Positions 37,978 through 51,472 of a stretch of 64,000 nt of DNA are shown piece after piece (position 1 is the first letter of the stretch; each line of letters starts with the position of its first letter). Below the pieces are notes generated by a model. It was not told the origin of the DNA. It searched no databases and worked only from the letters and a program-made list of their open reading frames with translations. The position numbers and the translations under genes are program-made. The DNA comes from Moniliella sp. 'wahieum' (taxonomy: Eukaryota): the NCBI GenBank assembly GCA_003971905.1, contig RSEE01000005.1:372001-436000 (forward strand). The letters run 5' to 3'.

Positions 37978-38550
37978 CTTGCATTTTCCCCACGCGTTTA
38001 CGACAGACATGTAACGAAGTGTTGAGCCTATAGTTCAGTAGTATATCTGCTGGCCGTCACGTAACTAGAATGATCCCCATATAATGCCAGTTAGAGCAAA
38101 ATTGAAGCACGTTTGGACACCACGCGAGAGACAGGGGCGACGCCTGGTGACGCGCAACGGAAACAAAATCTTCTACGACAGCCACAATCGAAAGTACCAC
38201 TTCTCGATGTAGCCAATGGAAGCGTAAACATAGTAGGAGAGTAAGGATCAAAAGAGAGGGAGATATGGAATGCTGGATAGTATAGGGCGAGGTCACGGAT
38301 TCTTTCTTTTCTGCTGAATCCGCTCCCTCGCTCATCCTTTCCTCTGTTCCAAACGAGACGAACTGGTGAGAGAATGAGAAGAGATAGAGGAAATGCAAAG
38401 AGAGAGACACCAGGGCGCGAAGAATACAAAGCAAAATAACGTGTCTGAGCGGAAACGGACGAAACCAGCGCCCGTTCCAGGAAAACACGGTCAAAAGATC
38501 ACCTACTGCAGTGCACATCGCCACCAAACATGTGTGGGCTCTCCTCTTCA

Positions 38551-39858
38551 TCAACTGTTGTTGATCCAAAAGTTGAACAGATCGGTGGGGCGCCACTGGA
38601 CGTGGAGAGACGGTTAACCGAGTTGATGTTGATCTGCTCCATCACACCATAGAACGCAATGCCCTTGACGTAGCTGGTCGAATGGGCCCAGTTGTTTACC
38701 TCCTTGACGTAATTGTAGGCTTGGCCCAACGAAGGCGCCGCTGTGCCATCGTAATTCATGCACGCCGTCTCGGTGATAAAGATGGGCTTGCCAAAGGTGG
38801 TGTGCCACTTTTCAAAGTATGCAATCGCCTTTTGCGGGTTCGTGCCAAAAGTGGAGGCTGTCCGCGTCGATCTGAGGAACGAAAAAAGGTTAGCCCTGCC
38901 ACATAGAATAGGTGGCAAGAATAGAGGGAGAAAATGGGAGACATGACAAGAGACTTACCTTGTTCCACACATCGCTGCACTGGGACTTAAAACTGTTCAT
39001 CCAGTCCAACCCGTTCGGCGCACCGTTGGTCGAAGCTCCGATGATGGACCAGCCATCCTCGTCTTTCAACGGCACAATGTACTTTCGGAACAGGTCGCAT
39101 GCCTCTCCCGCGCTCATCTCGCCTTGTCCAGCTTGGTTCACTTCGTTGGGACCCATGGCCACCTTGGCACTGTTTTGGGCTGCGTTGCGGTCATTCAGCA
39201 CATACTTTTGCCAGTTGGAAATGCGGGAACCAGCATTGCTCCACAACATGGGGAAAAATTTAATCGAATCGGGCACAAAGGCGGCGGCGGTGGGATTGCC
39301 CGTGGCAGGAAACGCGTCCCACGAGTAGAGCCAGCCCATGGTCTTCTTGAAAGGCTGAATGTTAACCCAGGGACCGTTGGGCCAAGCCAGACCATTCTTC
39401 TGCACATCCAACCCGGCGCCAGAGCCGCCCGACGACGACGAACCCGAGCTGGGCGCGCTAGACGTGGCGGCCTGAGAGCTTTTCGGGGAAGTGGGAGCAC
39501 TGGACGAGCCACTGGGCGTCGGCGTGCCCTTTGCCGCGGAGGACGAAGAACTGTGACGGTACATACTGGCAGGCGACGATTGGGCCGACTTGTGAGGCGG
39601 GGAAGAGGAGCCTGCATCGGGCGAGGAGGCGGAGGAAGAAGTAGGCTGGGCCGAAGCGGAGGTGGGCGGCTTGTGGTGGCACTTGCGTTGATGTTGGCGA
39701 CGGGCCTTGCGACTGAGATCGCCGTGGGCATGGACGTGGCCGCGGCGGGCGTGGAGGTGGGCCGGGTGAGCCACCAGACCATCATGGGAGGGAGAAGCAG
39801 TGGCGACCAGCGCCGAGCCAGCGACGATGGCCATCGTGAGAAGGCGAGTGAGCTGCAT
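38551..39858 (-). CDS. Secreted GH128 (Glyco_hydro_cc / Asl1-like) beta-1,3-glucanase
   Basis: Signal peptide, Ser-rich linker, GLAW, WLYSW, FFPMLW, GPNEVN, KPIFITE; intron 38872-38958. Confidence 0.85.
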
Positions 39859-41049
39859 AATCAAGAGAGATAGAGGGGGAGAGAGAGAGAGGGAGAGTAT
39901 ATAAGCCGTGGGGTGGTGGGTGGGGTGGGTGGGTTGGGACGGAGGGCGAGAGAGGCGTGGGGAGTGCTGGAAAGAACCTGCTTTCAGCGGCGACAGCGTC
40001 GAGCCGTGCGGGGTGGGTGGAGCGGAAAGGGGGAGGGAGAAGCGAGCGAAGGGGTGGGGTGAAGGGGAGGAGGTGGCGCACCGTGGGAGCAGGCAGGGTC
40101 ACTGGTTATATACCTAGGCCCCGCTTCCACCAGCTCTGGCGGGCGCCCCACCACTGTGCAGCGGCTGCGCATAGCGGGGGCACGGCACCAGTGTGGCTGC
40201 GGTCCACGTCAAGCAATGTCGCACCTGGGCGCCCTGCCTGCCCTGCCACGTCGGCGGCTGCCCCGGTGTGGGCTGGTGGCACGGCAGCACAGGGCAGCAG
40301 AGTGTGCAGGATGTGTGATTCTGTCGGTGACCTCACCGGTGAAGGCGGAAGCTTGACAGCCTGCTGCGGCCTGGGGCGGCTGATCGCCCTGCCGCATCCG
40401 GCATCTGCGGCTCCACCCAGGAACTAGGGCAGTGAAGCTTGAAGCTTGAAGCACGACGGAGCACTGCGCGCTAGTGAGCGCACAACTCGGACAGAGGGAG
40501 TGCCGGGAGCCTCCGGAGGATGCTGTCCCAGGTACCAGGTGGAGCAGATCCTGGGCTGGAGCTGTCGCCTGTTCATGGGTTGTGCGCCAAGCCAAGGGGA
40601 GGTGCCACGTTGGCTGCCCCACCATAATGACTACGGTAGTAGCCTCCTCGTCAGGCCAGTCAGGCGGCCTCGGGGCCTCAGGCCTCAGTCTGCACTAAGG
40701 GTACTTGCCCATCTTGCTGTGCCAAGAACAGTTGGCAAAAGGAGAGGGACCTGGAAGGACCGGCAGGCCCGCTGAACGTTGAACGGTTGTCAGCACATCT
40801 TCTCAGCGACCACGATATATGGTACTACTAGATATGAGATTGTTTCGGCTGACCGGCGTGGTTGATGGTGACCTCGGCGACCCCAGCGACCAGCACACCA
40901 CCACAGTAAATAATACTATTCTCACCGTTGCATAGTACACCATTCAATACTCAGTTGCAGGAATCCGGGTTGGAAGCGAATGAAGGATTAATGACGGGAG
41001 GCAGAGAGGTCTCTGTCCTGCGTGAGACTCTACGGAATGGATTCCTATA

Positions 41050-41273
41050 TGTAAGACCGGAGGAACCCAAGGTTTTGGGTGATGAACCTCTGGTGATCAA
41101 GAGCCATGGAATCGCGATGGTGGTGGTTAAGGGTTAAGGTCTAAGCCTTATGCCACACACAGACAGGGGGTTCAAACAAGTCTGAGTATACACGTGGAGC
41201 TTCGGAGGTCAAATAAGGGGCAAAGGGTGATAAGGCGCCTTAGCCTATGTCGGGACCACCGCGGGTTCCAACA
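41050..41273 (-). mobile_element. Diverged solo LTR of the same copia family
   Basis: Reverse complement aligns end to end with the LTR (TGTTGGAACC...CCGGTCTTACA); flanked by TSD CTATA (41045-41049 and 41274-41278). Confidence 0.93.
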
Positions 41274-41885
41274 CTATATACTTCGCTGGCACGAGCAAGT
41301 ATTGCACACACGCCCGATGAGCGAGTCGGTTACCGGCGATTACTGTGGTACTGTGTGATTTTTTTACTTAACCCGCGGCTGCAGCGTGCGTGTGTATACG
41401 CACTCGACGGGGGTGTATGCATGTGTGTGGTTGCTACAGGTTGCTCATTTCAAGGAACTTTTGCAACTCCACCAGGCCGACTGGCGCAGCTACCGTCGAC
41501 CCTCCGGGCTAAGCTGAGGGTCCTCGTACTATTTCTAACCCGCAGCCCCGTAGGAGTGTGCCTTCCGTGACGCATATACAATCCACGGAAGAATAGTTAA
41601 GTATATTTATGCCTGTGGGGGTTCCTACACGTCCCAGGTGCTTTTGTTCCTCCACACCTGACTGGCTGGCGCGGATGCAGTCGACCGTCCGGACCGTGCC
41701 GAGTTCACTCGTAATGTTTCCCGCCAGATACCGGGGGAAACAGTACCCTTGTGCTGAATACGCTGTTCAGAGGATGAAATTGACGCCTGCTGGGTGACAA
41801 AAGTATCCAGTTCTTTCGCACCTGCATCCGATCCGACCGGCTGGGCCCGCCGTCTCCGACGCTCCTGACCAGTAGCCAGTAGCCC

Positions 41886-42701
41886 TCACCGCCTTGGGCC
41901 GACGACGGAGGCAATGTACTGTTTCAGACGAAGCTGTGCTTGTCCTCCCAGACCTTCAATGTCTTCTGGCGCCTCCCCATCTGCGTTGGCCCGTTCCCGG
42001 TCCGCCCCTGCCTGAAGAAGAAGAATGGCGGTGGAGCCGTGGCCCGAGTCGAGGGCAAGGTGAAGCGGGGTATTTCCGAGTCGATCTGCTGGGTTCAGAC
42101 GAGTCTTTTCGTGCTTGCCACCATCCTTGCGATCAGGAGGGGCGAGCAGCAACCGCACAAAGCTATCGTGCCCAGACGAGGCAGCACGATGCATGGGCAC
42201 TTGCTTTGCCCCATCTCGGGCGTTGACCAGGGCCCCCGACTCGAGCAGAACACGCCCCAATTCAGTATGACCTTTGCTCGCGGCATAATGCAAAGGTGTA
42301 ATGTTCTTCAGGTTTCCCGTCGTGGGATTGGCCCCCTGCGCCAACAAAGTTTGTACACCCACCAGGTTCCCAGCTGAGGCAGCAATCAAAAGCGGGGTCC
42401 ATCCACTTTGGTCCTTCGTCTCCAAACTGGCCCCTGCACCAGCACCAAAGAGGGTGTCGAATAGTTCCTGGGTACCCCGAGCTGCAGCCCAGTGCAGTGG
42501 CGTACGGCCATCGCCATCTATCTCGTTGATCCGCTTGGCCACCTCGTCGGCGGGGCCGAAGCGAGATAGGACTGCAGCGCTTGCAGTTGGTCTGCATGGA
42601 AACGATGGTTAGGTGTCGAATAGGTAGATGGCAACCAAATGGGGTACTGCGAACGTACTCTCTTGGGCAGCGTTGTGAATGTTGAATTGAGGCGAGGCCA
42701 T
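41886..42701 (-). CDS. NAS6: Ankyrin-repeat proteasome assembly chaperone (gankyrin/p28)
   Basis: DGDGRTPLHWAA, DQSGWTPLLIAASAG, TPLHYAASKG, PMHRAAS, GNTPLHLA; short 5' intron. Confidence 0.85.
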
Positions 42702-43355
42702 GGCGACTGGATGCCGGCTGGATGTTGGTGGGGCCACGGAAACTCGCTGGCTGGTGGCGGACAAGCATCGGCCTCGTGGGGGACATGGAGGAAGATTGAA
42801 AGGATAAACGCACTGACGCGGCCTGTCGTTTCAAATTTCAACTGCTTCGAGCTACGCGTTTTCAGTAGGTGGTGCGTGCCTGTGGGCACACATGCAAGCA
42901 CGTGAGCGCGTGCGAACGCGACGGGAGCCCTGGAGGTGATGAGCTGCTGAGATCTGGGAGTGCAACGTGTAGCTCGCGAGGGAGGACAACCCATTAGCCC
43001 GCTAGAACGGACGGCATGTGCTCTCACCAATTCTATGTCCATACTGATTGCGGCGAGAAGCGTTCTAGGCCGTCCCAGAAACCACGGTGGTCATCGTAGT
43101 ATATATATCTTCCTTTGGGAATACGTTATAGATATAGATGTTTATCCTGTCTTCGAAAAGCTCGTCCTATGTCCTATCGACCACATCGATCACATACACG
43201 GCGGTGACAAGAAGTTTTGATACAAGTGTGAAGAAACAATCGAGTCGTCGTCGCACAAGCGATTCGACAAAAAAGCTCACCGGAAATAAAATAAGCGAGG
43301 GCATCGTCTTCATCGGCCCTCGCTCCTCACTCTGTCCACAGCCACCTCCATTCCC

Positions 43356-44786
43356 TCATTGGGTTCGGCCCACGTGTACCCCTCTTAACGGGAAGGAGAA
43401 GTGCTTCAGCGACATCCCCTCACGGTGCCCCTCCTCCCTGCTCTCCACCGTGGTGTCGTTTGCCTCACCCCCGCGCTCGGTGGCCTCAATCTCCTCGGCC
43501 AACTCGGGCATGGCAAGAATCTCGGGCCCTGAGGGGCGCTGTGTAGCGTCGATACTCAGCAGTCGGTGCAGAAGGCGGACGAGCCAAGGCGAATACTTGG
43601 CGGGCACAGCGGGAATGGAGATGCGCATGGTCCGCCGGAACAGGATCTCATAGTACTCGCCCCTGGTCAAGGGAGGAGCAAATGACCGGTCCCTGCTCTC
43701 GTCCTCGGATGAGCGTGGGACGGTGTCGAGCAGCTGCTGGAAGGTGCACATCTCGTACAACATGCAACCTACTGACCAGAGGTCCGACTTGGGGCTGGCT
43801 TTCGGACCCCGTGGGTACAAGACCTCTGGGGCGATGTAGGCTGCCGTGCCACACTGCCCATACAGTTGTCGCTTGTATTGCGTCACGCCGGCCAACCCAA
43901 AGTCGGACAGTTTCAAGCACCCGTTCTGGCCCACGAGAATGTTTTCAGGCTTGACGTCACGATGAAGAATGGACTTGTGCGGCTCGATGTCAATGGGGCC
44001 ATAATGATCGTGACAGGCTACCAAGGCACTGATCACTTGGCGAAGGTAGCTGCGGATCGTGCGCTCTGGCAGGCCCACCTCGTCATTCCTCTGGCTCTGG
44101 GAAGCTAGGCCCAAGACGTCGTTCAGGTTCCCCCCCGGTGCATACTCCATCACGATGCAGATCAAATCGAGCGTGCCTGAGGGCCTGTGATGCAGAAGCC
44201 ACACAATGAACACAAATGCCAGGTCAGTAAAAGGTCTCCGGAGTGTTGACGCCTTCTTCGTTGCATACAAGGGAGAGGTTGATACGTACAGGGCTTGGGC
44301 GTTGGTGAAGGTATCGACCAACGCCGTGATGTTGCGGTGAGGAAGCATCTTCATCAGGGCGATCTCACTCAAAATATGCAGAGTGTGGTCGTTTTTGCTG
44401 CGGGGTGAGATAACGGGGATGTTCTTCAGGGCAAGAAGCTTTCCATCGATTGAACGCTTGACAAGGCAAACCGTACCATGTCCGCCACGGCCTAGAATGC
44501 GAAGTGTATCATAGTGGATAACCTTCTTGCTTCTCTTGCTCCCCTTCTCCGTCTCTTTCCCTTCTCCTTCTCCTTCCCTTCCCCTCCCCCTTCTCCTCCT
44601 CTTTCCCCCCCCACTCCTCCTCCTCCTCCTCAGCTTCGACTTCTTGAATCTCGTCAATCACCTCGTTCTTCCCCTCCTCCTTTTCCGTCGCACGTGTACT
44701 AGTAGGAGCGTGAGCAACTGCGGTACGCGCAGCGGTCAAAGCGCTCGAAGAAGCACCATGCTGTTGAGCCAGAAGCGTAGGCATTG
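43356..44786 (-). CDS. Ser/Thr kinase, NEK/NIMA-like; start approximate
   Basis: LGRGGHGTV, LLALK, SEIALM, IVMEYAPGGNL, CHD..ILHRDVKPEN, DFGLA, GTAAYIAPE, KSDLWSVGCMLYEMC; intron 44185-44289. Confidence 0.85.
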
Positions 44787-46175
44787 CTCCAGGGGCTGTG
44801 GTTGGTGGTGGGGGTGGGGGAGGGGACGATGGCGAGGGGCATGGACACGTTATTTATGGAGGCCGACGCTCATGGATACGCATACGCCAGAAAAATAGGT
44901 CCTATAGGATAGTGGTGGTGTTTTACTAGTGTCTCACGGTTTCGACCGCTGCCCTCTTGAGAGCTTCAGAACTCGTCTCAATACTAAGTGTGAGCAAAAT
45001 TAAAATCGCTGGGGCACATGACCTGTGTGCCGCTGGGGGAGACTGGAACATAGCGTCGCCGCACGAAGGGAGACTTGATTTATATAAGCAAGTCTCACAG
45101 AGAGGCCTGTGGCCTTCTGCGCAGGCAATCCATTTTTATTTCCCAACAGCACCCACAGCATCCACTGGGAATACTCAGTTGCATACTCCCTGTATCTAGT
45201 CCCATCCGCTCGCAGTAATACACGCGACAGATGCAATGCCCCATTACTGTCCCGTCTCAATTAAATCACTGAATAACTTAATTTTGGTGGAGCCTCCTAG
45301 GATAATTTCAGTAACGCCTTTCACCAGGAAGCCACAGGTTTCAAGGCTGCATGGTGCTCCTCTCGCTTCTATCTGTGCAGTGTTTTCTTACCCACCCTCT
45401 CTGCGGAGTTGGCGGGACAGCATACATTCGTGCCTACTACACGCTGCGCTTCGTGTCCAGCGGGGGGACGAGCTGCCAGTGCAGACCTCACAGTGACTGA
45501 TGCCTGTTCCGGTAGCGCCTTGAGCGTGCGCGCCCTGCGAGCGGAACTCTTCCGCCGGCTATAAGGGAACGTCACTTATCCACTGAGGAGTCCGTGAAGG
45601 GAACCCCAGCATTACCCTCCAACAGAAGCAAGCGAAGGCTGCGAAGGCACTAAGAATATCATCCGATAGCACTTCCTCGTTTTGGCACATAATACGCTTA
45701 TCGGCACATAATATACCGTCACCATTTTCGCACCTGTGTGGCTGTCTTAGAATTTCTTATATTCCTCTCTGCTGTTCTCCCACATCCATTGTGGCATATG
45801 GGCGAAATGATCTTGATGACCCCGATAACCACATCCCCGGCCTGTGGTGAGAAGAAAGGTGAAGGATGATGCGGTGCCGTGGCGTTAAACCCCTATTATA
45901 CTGCTCCCATTAAGCCATGCATCAACTAACCTTTGCACGTCTAGCACACCGTTTTGTGGGAGGAGGGGGCCCGTTGCTCCTGGCCACTTGCGCGTTGAGC
46001 AGTAGGTGGAGGGTGGCGAATAGGGAAACGCGAAAAAAGCGGATCCGTTGCTCCACTTGGCGTGCTGACATAACCGCGACCGTGCCGGGACGCGGCGGAT
46101 GGAGTGGCGCTGTGCTGCAATCAGTCTATCAATGCGATAGCAATATTCAATCGATAGATAGTCCATCGCCTGCCC

Positions 46176-47754
46176 ATGGCCACGGCAGCCTGCCTGCCTT
46201 TTTTCAGTGGTCCGTGGCTGGCCGCGCTATCTCCCTCTTCCTTTCCATCCTCCTCGCCGCCACCGCCGCGTTGCACGACGATCCCTCGTTCTCTGGCCCA
46301 GCCATCATGCGCTCCGACCTGCCTAGCGAAGCCCCTTCTGCCATCGGCGTCTTACGTCCGTCCGCTCTGCATCTTCCGTCCGTCGCGTCACGCGCCCCTT
46401 CGGATCCTCCGAACGCCCCCGAGTACCCAAGCAACGATGTGACCGATGCTATGTGGGCCGGCGCCCTAACGGGCGTCCGCACACTGGTCCGCGCTTCCCT
46501 TGGCTCCCAGGCTGACTGGGACGCCATTCTGGCTCTCTTTCGCCAGCACGAATGGGCCGACTTGTTCCCCTCGGTTGACGTGGCCCCCGCTCTTCCTCCC
46601 TCCCAGCCATACACCCACCTCAAGCATTTGATCCGCCAGCTCAAGCCAGACCAGATCGTCATACGTCCCATCCCCCTATTGCTCTATCCTCTTCGCAAAA
46701 AGCAGCTTACCAATCGCCATCTTTGTTATACGCCCCCCCCCTCTCCACGCGTCGTGCGCCACAGGAGTTGGTCGAGCGTCTGAAAAATGCTGTCGACCAA
46801 CGCCCAATTCCCTCTCTGGTCCCGGATCCCATGCCTGTGGAATCTAGGACCGACCTTACTCTTCCTTCGTCGGTTGCCTCCCTCGGTTGCCTCCCGCCGT
46901 TTGCCTCCCCTGCGTTTGCCTCCCCTGCGTTTGCCTCCCCTGCGTTTCCCTCTCCGTCGTTTCCCTCCCCTGCGTTTCCTCTCCGTCAGGCCTGACCTCC
47001 TCTCCCTCCCTGGCACCGGTTCGACGACTTGGAGAGGTACCGCTCACCTCGGATCCCTTCCACGAGTTTATTCATACCCCCTTGAACGCCGACCCGGAGC
47101 ACGGCTTCTTACCTCGTCGGGTGCGCAAGACCTCGGTGCCGCTGTATCCCTGTCCTGACCTCGACCTGAATACTCTGATCGATCCCCGTGGAAGTGGTTT
47201 GGCGTCAATACCCACCCCGGGGGGTTCGACTCACTCCCGCGCGACTGGCGTCTGGCGGCCGGTGTGGAACATGGTCTGGGGCCCGGCTCCCCGGCTCTCG
47301 TTCCTCCCAGCGGTCCTCTTGGTGCAGGGGAAGCGAGCGTGCCCGCGGCCGTTCCGGGCAGTAAGGCCTGCAGCCCCAGTTCAACGGCTCTCGTGCTGTC
47401 CGAACTGGCCAAGGATTGTCCCACGACGACCCCGACCCACTTGGCCTTTCCGGACCCAGTGCGCCCGACCGGTCCCGCCCGTACTGTGGACACTGTGGTA
47501 CGACCGAAGCGTCGACCTGGCGCCGAGAGCGGCAGGATGGTAGCCAGCGCTTGCTTTGCAACGCTTGTCATGTCTATCGCAAACGGAATGGGTCCTTTCG
47601 TCCTTCACATCTGCTTCACCGTGGCATTCGTCGTCGCAATCGGAAAAAGCCCGGTCCTACCCCGAAACCCAAAGCCACGACATCTGCTTTGACTTCCCTC
47701 TCCTCCTCTCGAGGCGACGAGCGCGACAAGCAACCTTTGATCCTATGTGTATGA
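46176..47754 (+). CDS. GATA-type zinc-finger transcription factor; start uncertain
   Basis: YCGHCGTTEASTWRRERQDGSQRLLCNACHVYRKRNGSFRP followed by a basic tail IRRRNRKK. Confidence 0.8.
46895..46982. repeat. 15-bp tandem repeat (GTTTGCCTCCCCTGC), about 5-6 degenerate copies, encoding (FASPA)n
   Basis: Direct reading. Confidence 0.85.
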
Positions 47755-47890
47755 CACGAAGAAAAGCACCCCCGGCTCGTGTCAGCTCCTGTTGGAAATG
47801 CATCCGAGGGGTTGGTCAAGTAGCTAGATCGAATAAGCCCCGTGTTTGAATGAAAGAAGGTGATGAACATTGCGATGGCCGATTGGCATA

Positions 47891-50800
47891 TTAGCGCGAA
47901 GATTCGTCCGAGTCCTCCACTTCCGAGTCCTCCTCCGAATCCTCCGACTCTTCCTCGCTCGACTCGTCTTCCTCCGACTCATCGGTCCCCTCGGCCTTGT
48001 CGTCCACAGCCAGCTCACGGCGAGACACTTCGTACCCGCTTTGGTCAGCTGCGCCTCAATCTTCTCCGCCACATCGGGCGCAGCGGCAATGGAAGCCAAG
48101 GACTGGGCCGGGTCAAAGATGGGCACGAGGTACTTGGCAATTGCCTGCTGCACCTCTGCTACCGTCACGCTCTCCATCCGGACCAATTGGCGCCGCCCAT
48201 AGTTCTTGCCGGCACCTTGGAGCACCGTCTCGACGAACGTCTTGTCGGCCGTCGCAGGTCCCGAGGCATGCTCCTCTGCCACGCCACAAACCAAACTGCT
48301 CTTGGCCGATTGCACCATGTTCTCATCAATCTCCAATTGCTCCCCCTCCCGCAAGGCCGACTTGTCGCCACTCAGTGCGCGCAGCAACCGACGCCCTTCC
48401 AAGTACGCATCCGCTGCGTTGGGCGACCGGGAGAGGGTGAACCGCACGTACCCGGAGCTGGGGCCAAAGGAGATGGACGCACCATACGCCAGCCCAGCAC
48501 CACGGATGAAGCGCCACAGGAAGCCCTCGAGCGCGTTCAGTACTCCCACGGCCACCGTCAAGGCGGGCACGTCGGGGTCGTCGAAACTGGTGGGTCCCTT
48601 GGCCACAAAGGTCGCGTACGAACTCTCGATCGACGGGACGGAGCAGACGACCACTTTGGGATGGCGCGTTACCCAATGCGCTCCGCACTGTCTTGACCGA
48701 ATCGACCGGCGCAGTATTCAGGTCGAGCGTGCCAGGAGCGTCCCACCAGGCCGGCAAACCGAACCGTGCCTCGGCCCAGTCCTTCTTGGGCTCTTGCAAG
48801 GCCAAGATGTTGCCCGCCACATGGACACGCAAGTTACGCGGCTGGAGCAAGTGCGAGCGTAGCTGGCTCAGTTGTTCCACCAACTTTTCCGGCTGAGGCT
48901 TGCCCTGCCCTTCCTCGGGAGAGAGAAGGGCAAGCTGCGCAGGTAGGTTGACCATCCGACTAAACAACATGTTCTGCGCCACGGTCGATCGAACCGGATC
49001 TAGCGTCATTTCGTTCAACACGGCTCCTTCGATTCGGTACCCGTCGCGCTTGGCATTGGGAAGGGATTTGATCTGCTTGCGCAACGAGATTTGCAGCTCT
49101 TCTGGCACAAACTTGCCACCGGCCAACAAGTCCCGGAGCCAAGCAATCATAATCCGGTACTTGCTTGCCTCGGCACGCATCTCAATGCCGAGCGTCTCAG
49201 GCGGGAAGCCGTGCGAGCCTGCCATGGCACCATACTCGAGCGTGTCAATGTTGAGCCGTTCAATCACCTCCTCCTTGCTCATCACAATCTCGGTCCCGTC
49301 TGACGTTCCACAGGGAGTGAAAAGAGAGTAGCTTTGAAGAGCCCCAGAACCGGGTAGAGCTCATGGGGTACATCGTGCATGTTAAAGACGAGCGTAATGG
49401 TAAGGAAGGCTGAATTGACATGGTCAAACTGAACAAAGAAGGGCAGGTCGGTCGTGTCCTTGTCAATGTGAGTCTGCACCTCCTTGTCCAGCGACGATAC
49501 GTCCTGCCCAAGGTCCGGAATGGACGCGGTTGGCGTGGGCAGCGAGCGTCCTACGCCGACAGGGATCCAATTGATGTTGAAGGGCTCGGAATCTTAAAGT
49601 CGGTGATGACCTTGTCGGGGATGGGCACGTCGTTGGCCCGGCGGGCAGCGTCAAGTTTTTCCCCCAGATGTTTCAAGCCTTCTTTGCCGTACTTCTCCTT
49701 ACGGCGAGCCAGGGCCGCTTTGCCCTCGGACCGCAGATCTGTCGCCATTTTGCGCTGGGCCGGCCGAGCACGACAAGGCGAGGGTTGTCGATGAGGTAGG
49801 TTTTGATCAAGTCAGCCCACTGCTGCGCGGTCCAGCTGTCCAAGGTGTCCAGCCGAGCCATCACGTTGTTGAGTTCACCCAGGTCCTTGCCCTCTCGGTC
49901 ACCGTACAAAAAGTCAGGCACAATCATGTCGCTCAGATAGTTCTGCGGCCGATTCCAGCTGCTCCAAGGTCCGCAGCTTCTCCCGCTTGATCTCCGTGTG
50001 CATACGCTCCAGGGAAATGTCGGCCTTATCGGCCAAGCCGGATAGGAAACGAATCACCTCCGTGTCGATGGTGGCCAGATCCTTGGTCGCCACCGACTTG
50101 AGTAGCAGGAAAGCGAGGTACGGGACGCATATTCCTCATCGTAAAATGAGACGGAGGAAAACTTGGGATCGGGCCTCTCGACAAACTCCTTGTTGAGAGG
50201 CGCAATGGCCGAATCGCTCAAGTAGGTACCAAGCAGATCCAATGCTTGGTTCGTCAACCAATCCGTCACGGGGGCGTGACCCACGAAATGTCCACTTCGC
50301 CCATCGATTCATCCTCGTCCGGGAACGGCACCTCGACCACCTTACGATTGTCGGCCGTAGGGACAATGACCGGCACCTGGGCCGAGGCCGACTCTACAAA
50401 CGGACGCTTCCATCCCTCAGGCCCCTTGGGACCGAAATGAATGTTGTGTTCGACAAAGCTTTGCTCGACGGTACGCAGTTGGTCAAACAAAGCTTGGCGG
50501 TCCAGTGGGCCGGCGAGGACGATGGCAGCATTGTGCGGGGCATATAGGTGCGGTGGTAGTTGCGGATCGTCTCGACGTCCAGCTTGCGCAGGTTGGTCAT
50601 CAGACCCCCCGTCTCGGATCGGTAGGCCGAGTCGGGCGCAAAGAGAACGCGGTTGCGCTCCAGTTCCATGCGATCCCCCGACGAGTTCTCACGCCCTTGC
50701 ATCTCGGAGAAGACGACGCCGGCCTCCTTGGCACGGCCATCAACGTGGTAGACCTCGGTGGTGAACCCTCGTTGGTGAGGGTGGGGAAAAAGATATGGTC

Positions 50801-51186
50801 ACAGTAGATGGGCAGCATGCGCAGGAAGCCGTCGGAACCGGCGGTGGTGAGGGTGTAGGCGGTGTGGTCGGTCGCGGTCCAGGCGTTGGTGCCATTGGCA
50901 AAGGCGCGGTTGGCGAGCGTGTCGAGGATGCCCTTGTAGGGATACTGCTCACTGCCGAGAAAGACGAGGTGCTCGAGGGTGTGCGGGCAGCCGCTGTCGT
51001 TGAAGATCTCGGTGGCAAGCACGACGTAGCACTCGAGCAGCGGGCTGGGGAAGTCGGCCCAGAAGACGGAGAGGCCGTCTGGCGCGAGACCCACTTCTCG
51101 AGTGTGATGGTCTGGGCGTAGGGGAGCGCGAAGCGGGTGACGAGGTCGAAGCTGCCGAGCTGCGTGGGCGGCGGGGGCGACGGCAT
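47891..51186 (-). CDS. M16-family zinc metallopeptidase (YOL098C / C05D11.1-like)
   Basis: DSGCPHTLEHLVFLGS (HxxEH), ANGTNAWTATDHTAYTL, YRSETGG, IRGAGLAYGA; acidic C-terminal tail. Confidence 0.9.
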
Positions 51187-51472
51187 GGCGGGCGCGGGAG
51201 GGGGGCGAGGGGGGCGAGAGAGGCGAGGCGGCGGCGGAGCGGCGGACGGCGGAGCAGAGGCGACGGGCGGCACAAGCGAGGGCAGCTGCGGAGCAAGACA
51301 GCCGGCTGGGGTTCATTCACGCCTCGGCGCGAGCGTGCTGGTGGTTGCCGTCCGCACCGCCGTCTTCCTTCGCTCCCACGTGCTCGCCGGCCGGCCATGG
51401 GCGGAACGCGCATTCCGCCCTCATTTATGTGTTTCTCGGCACTGCCCGCCCCGCTCCGCCCCCACCGCCATC

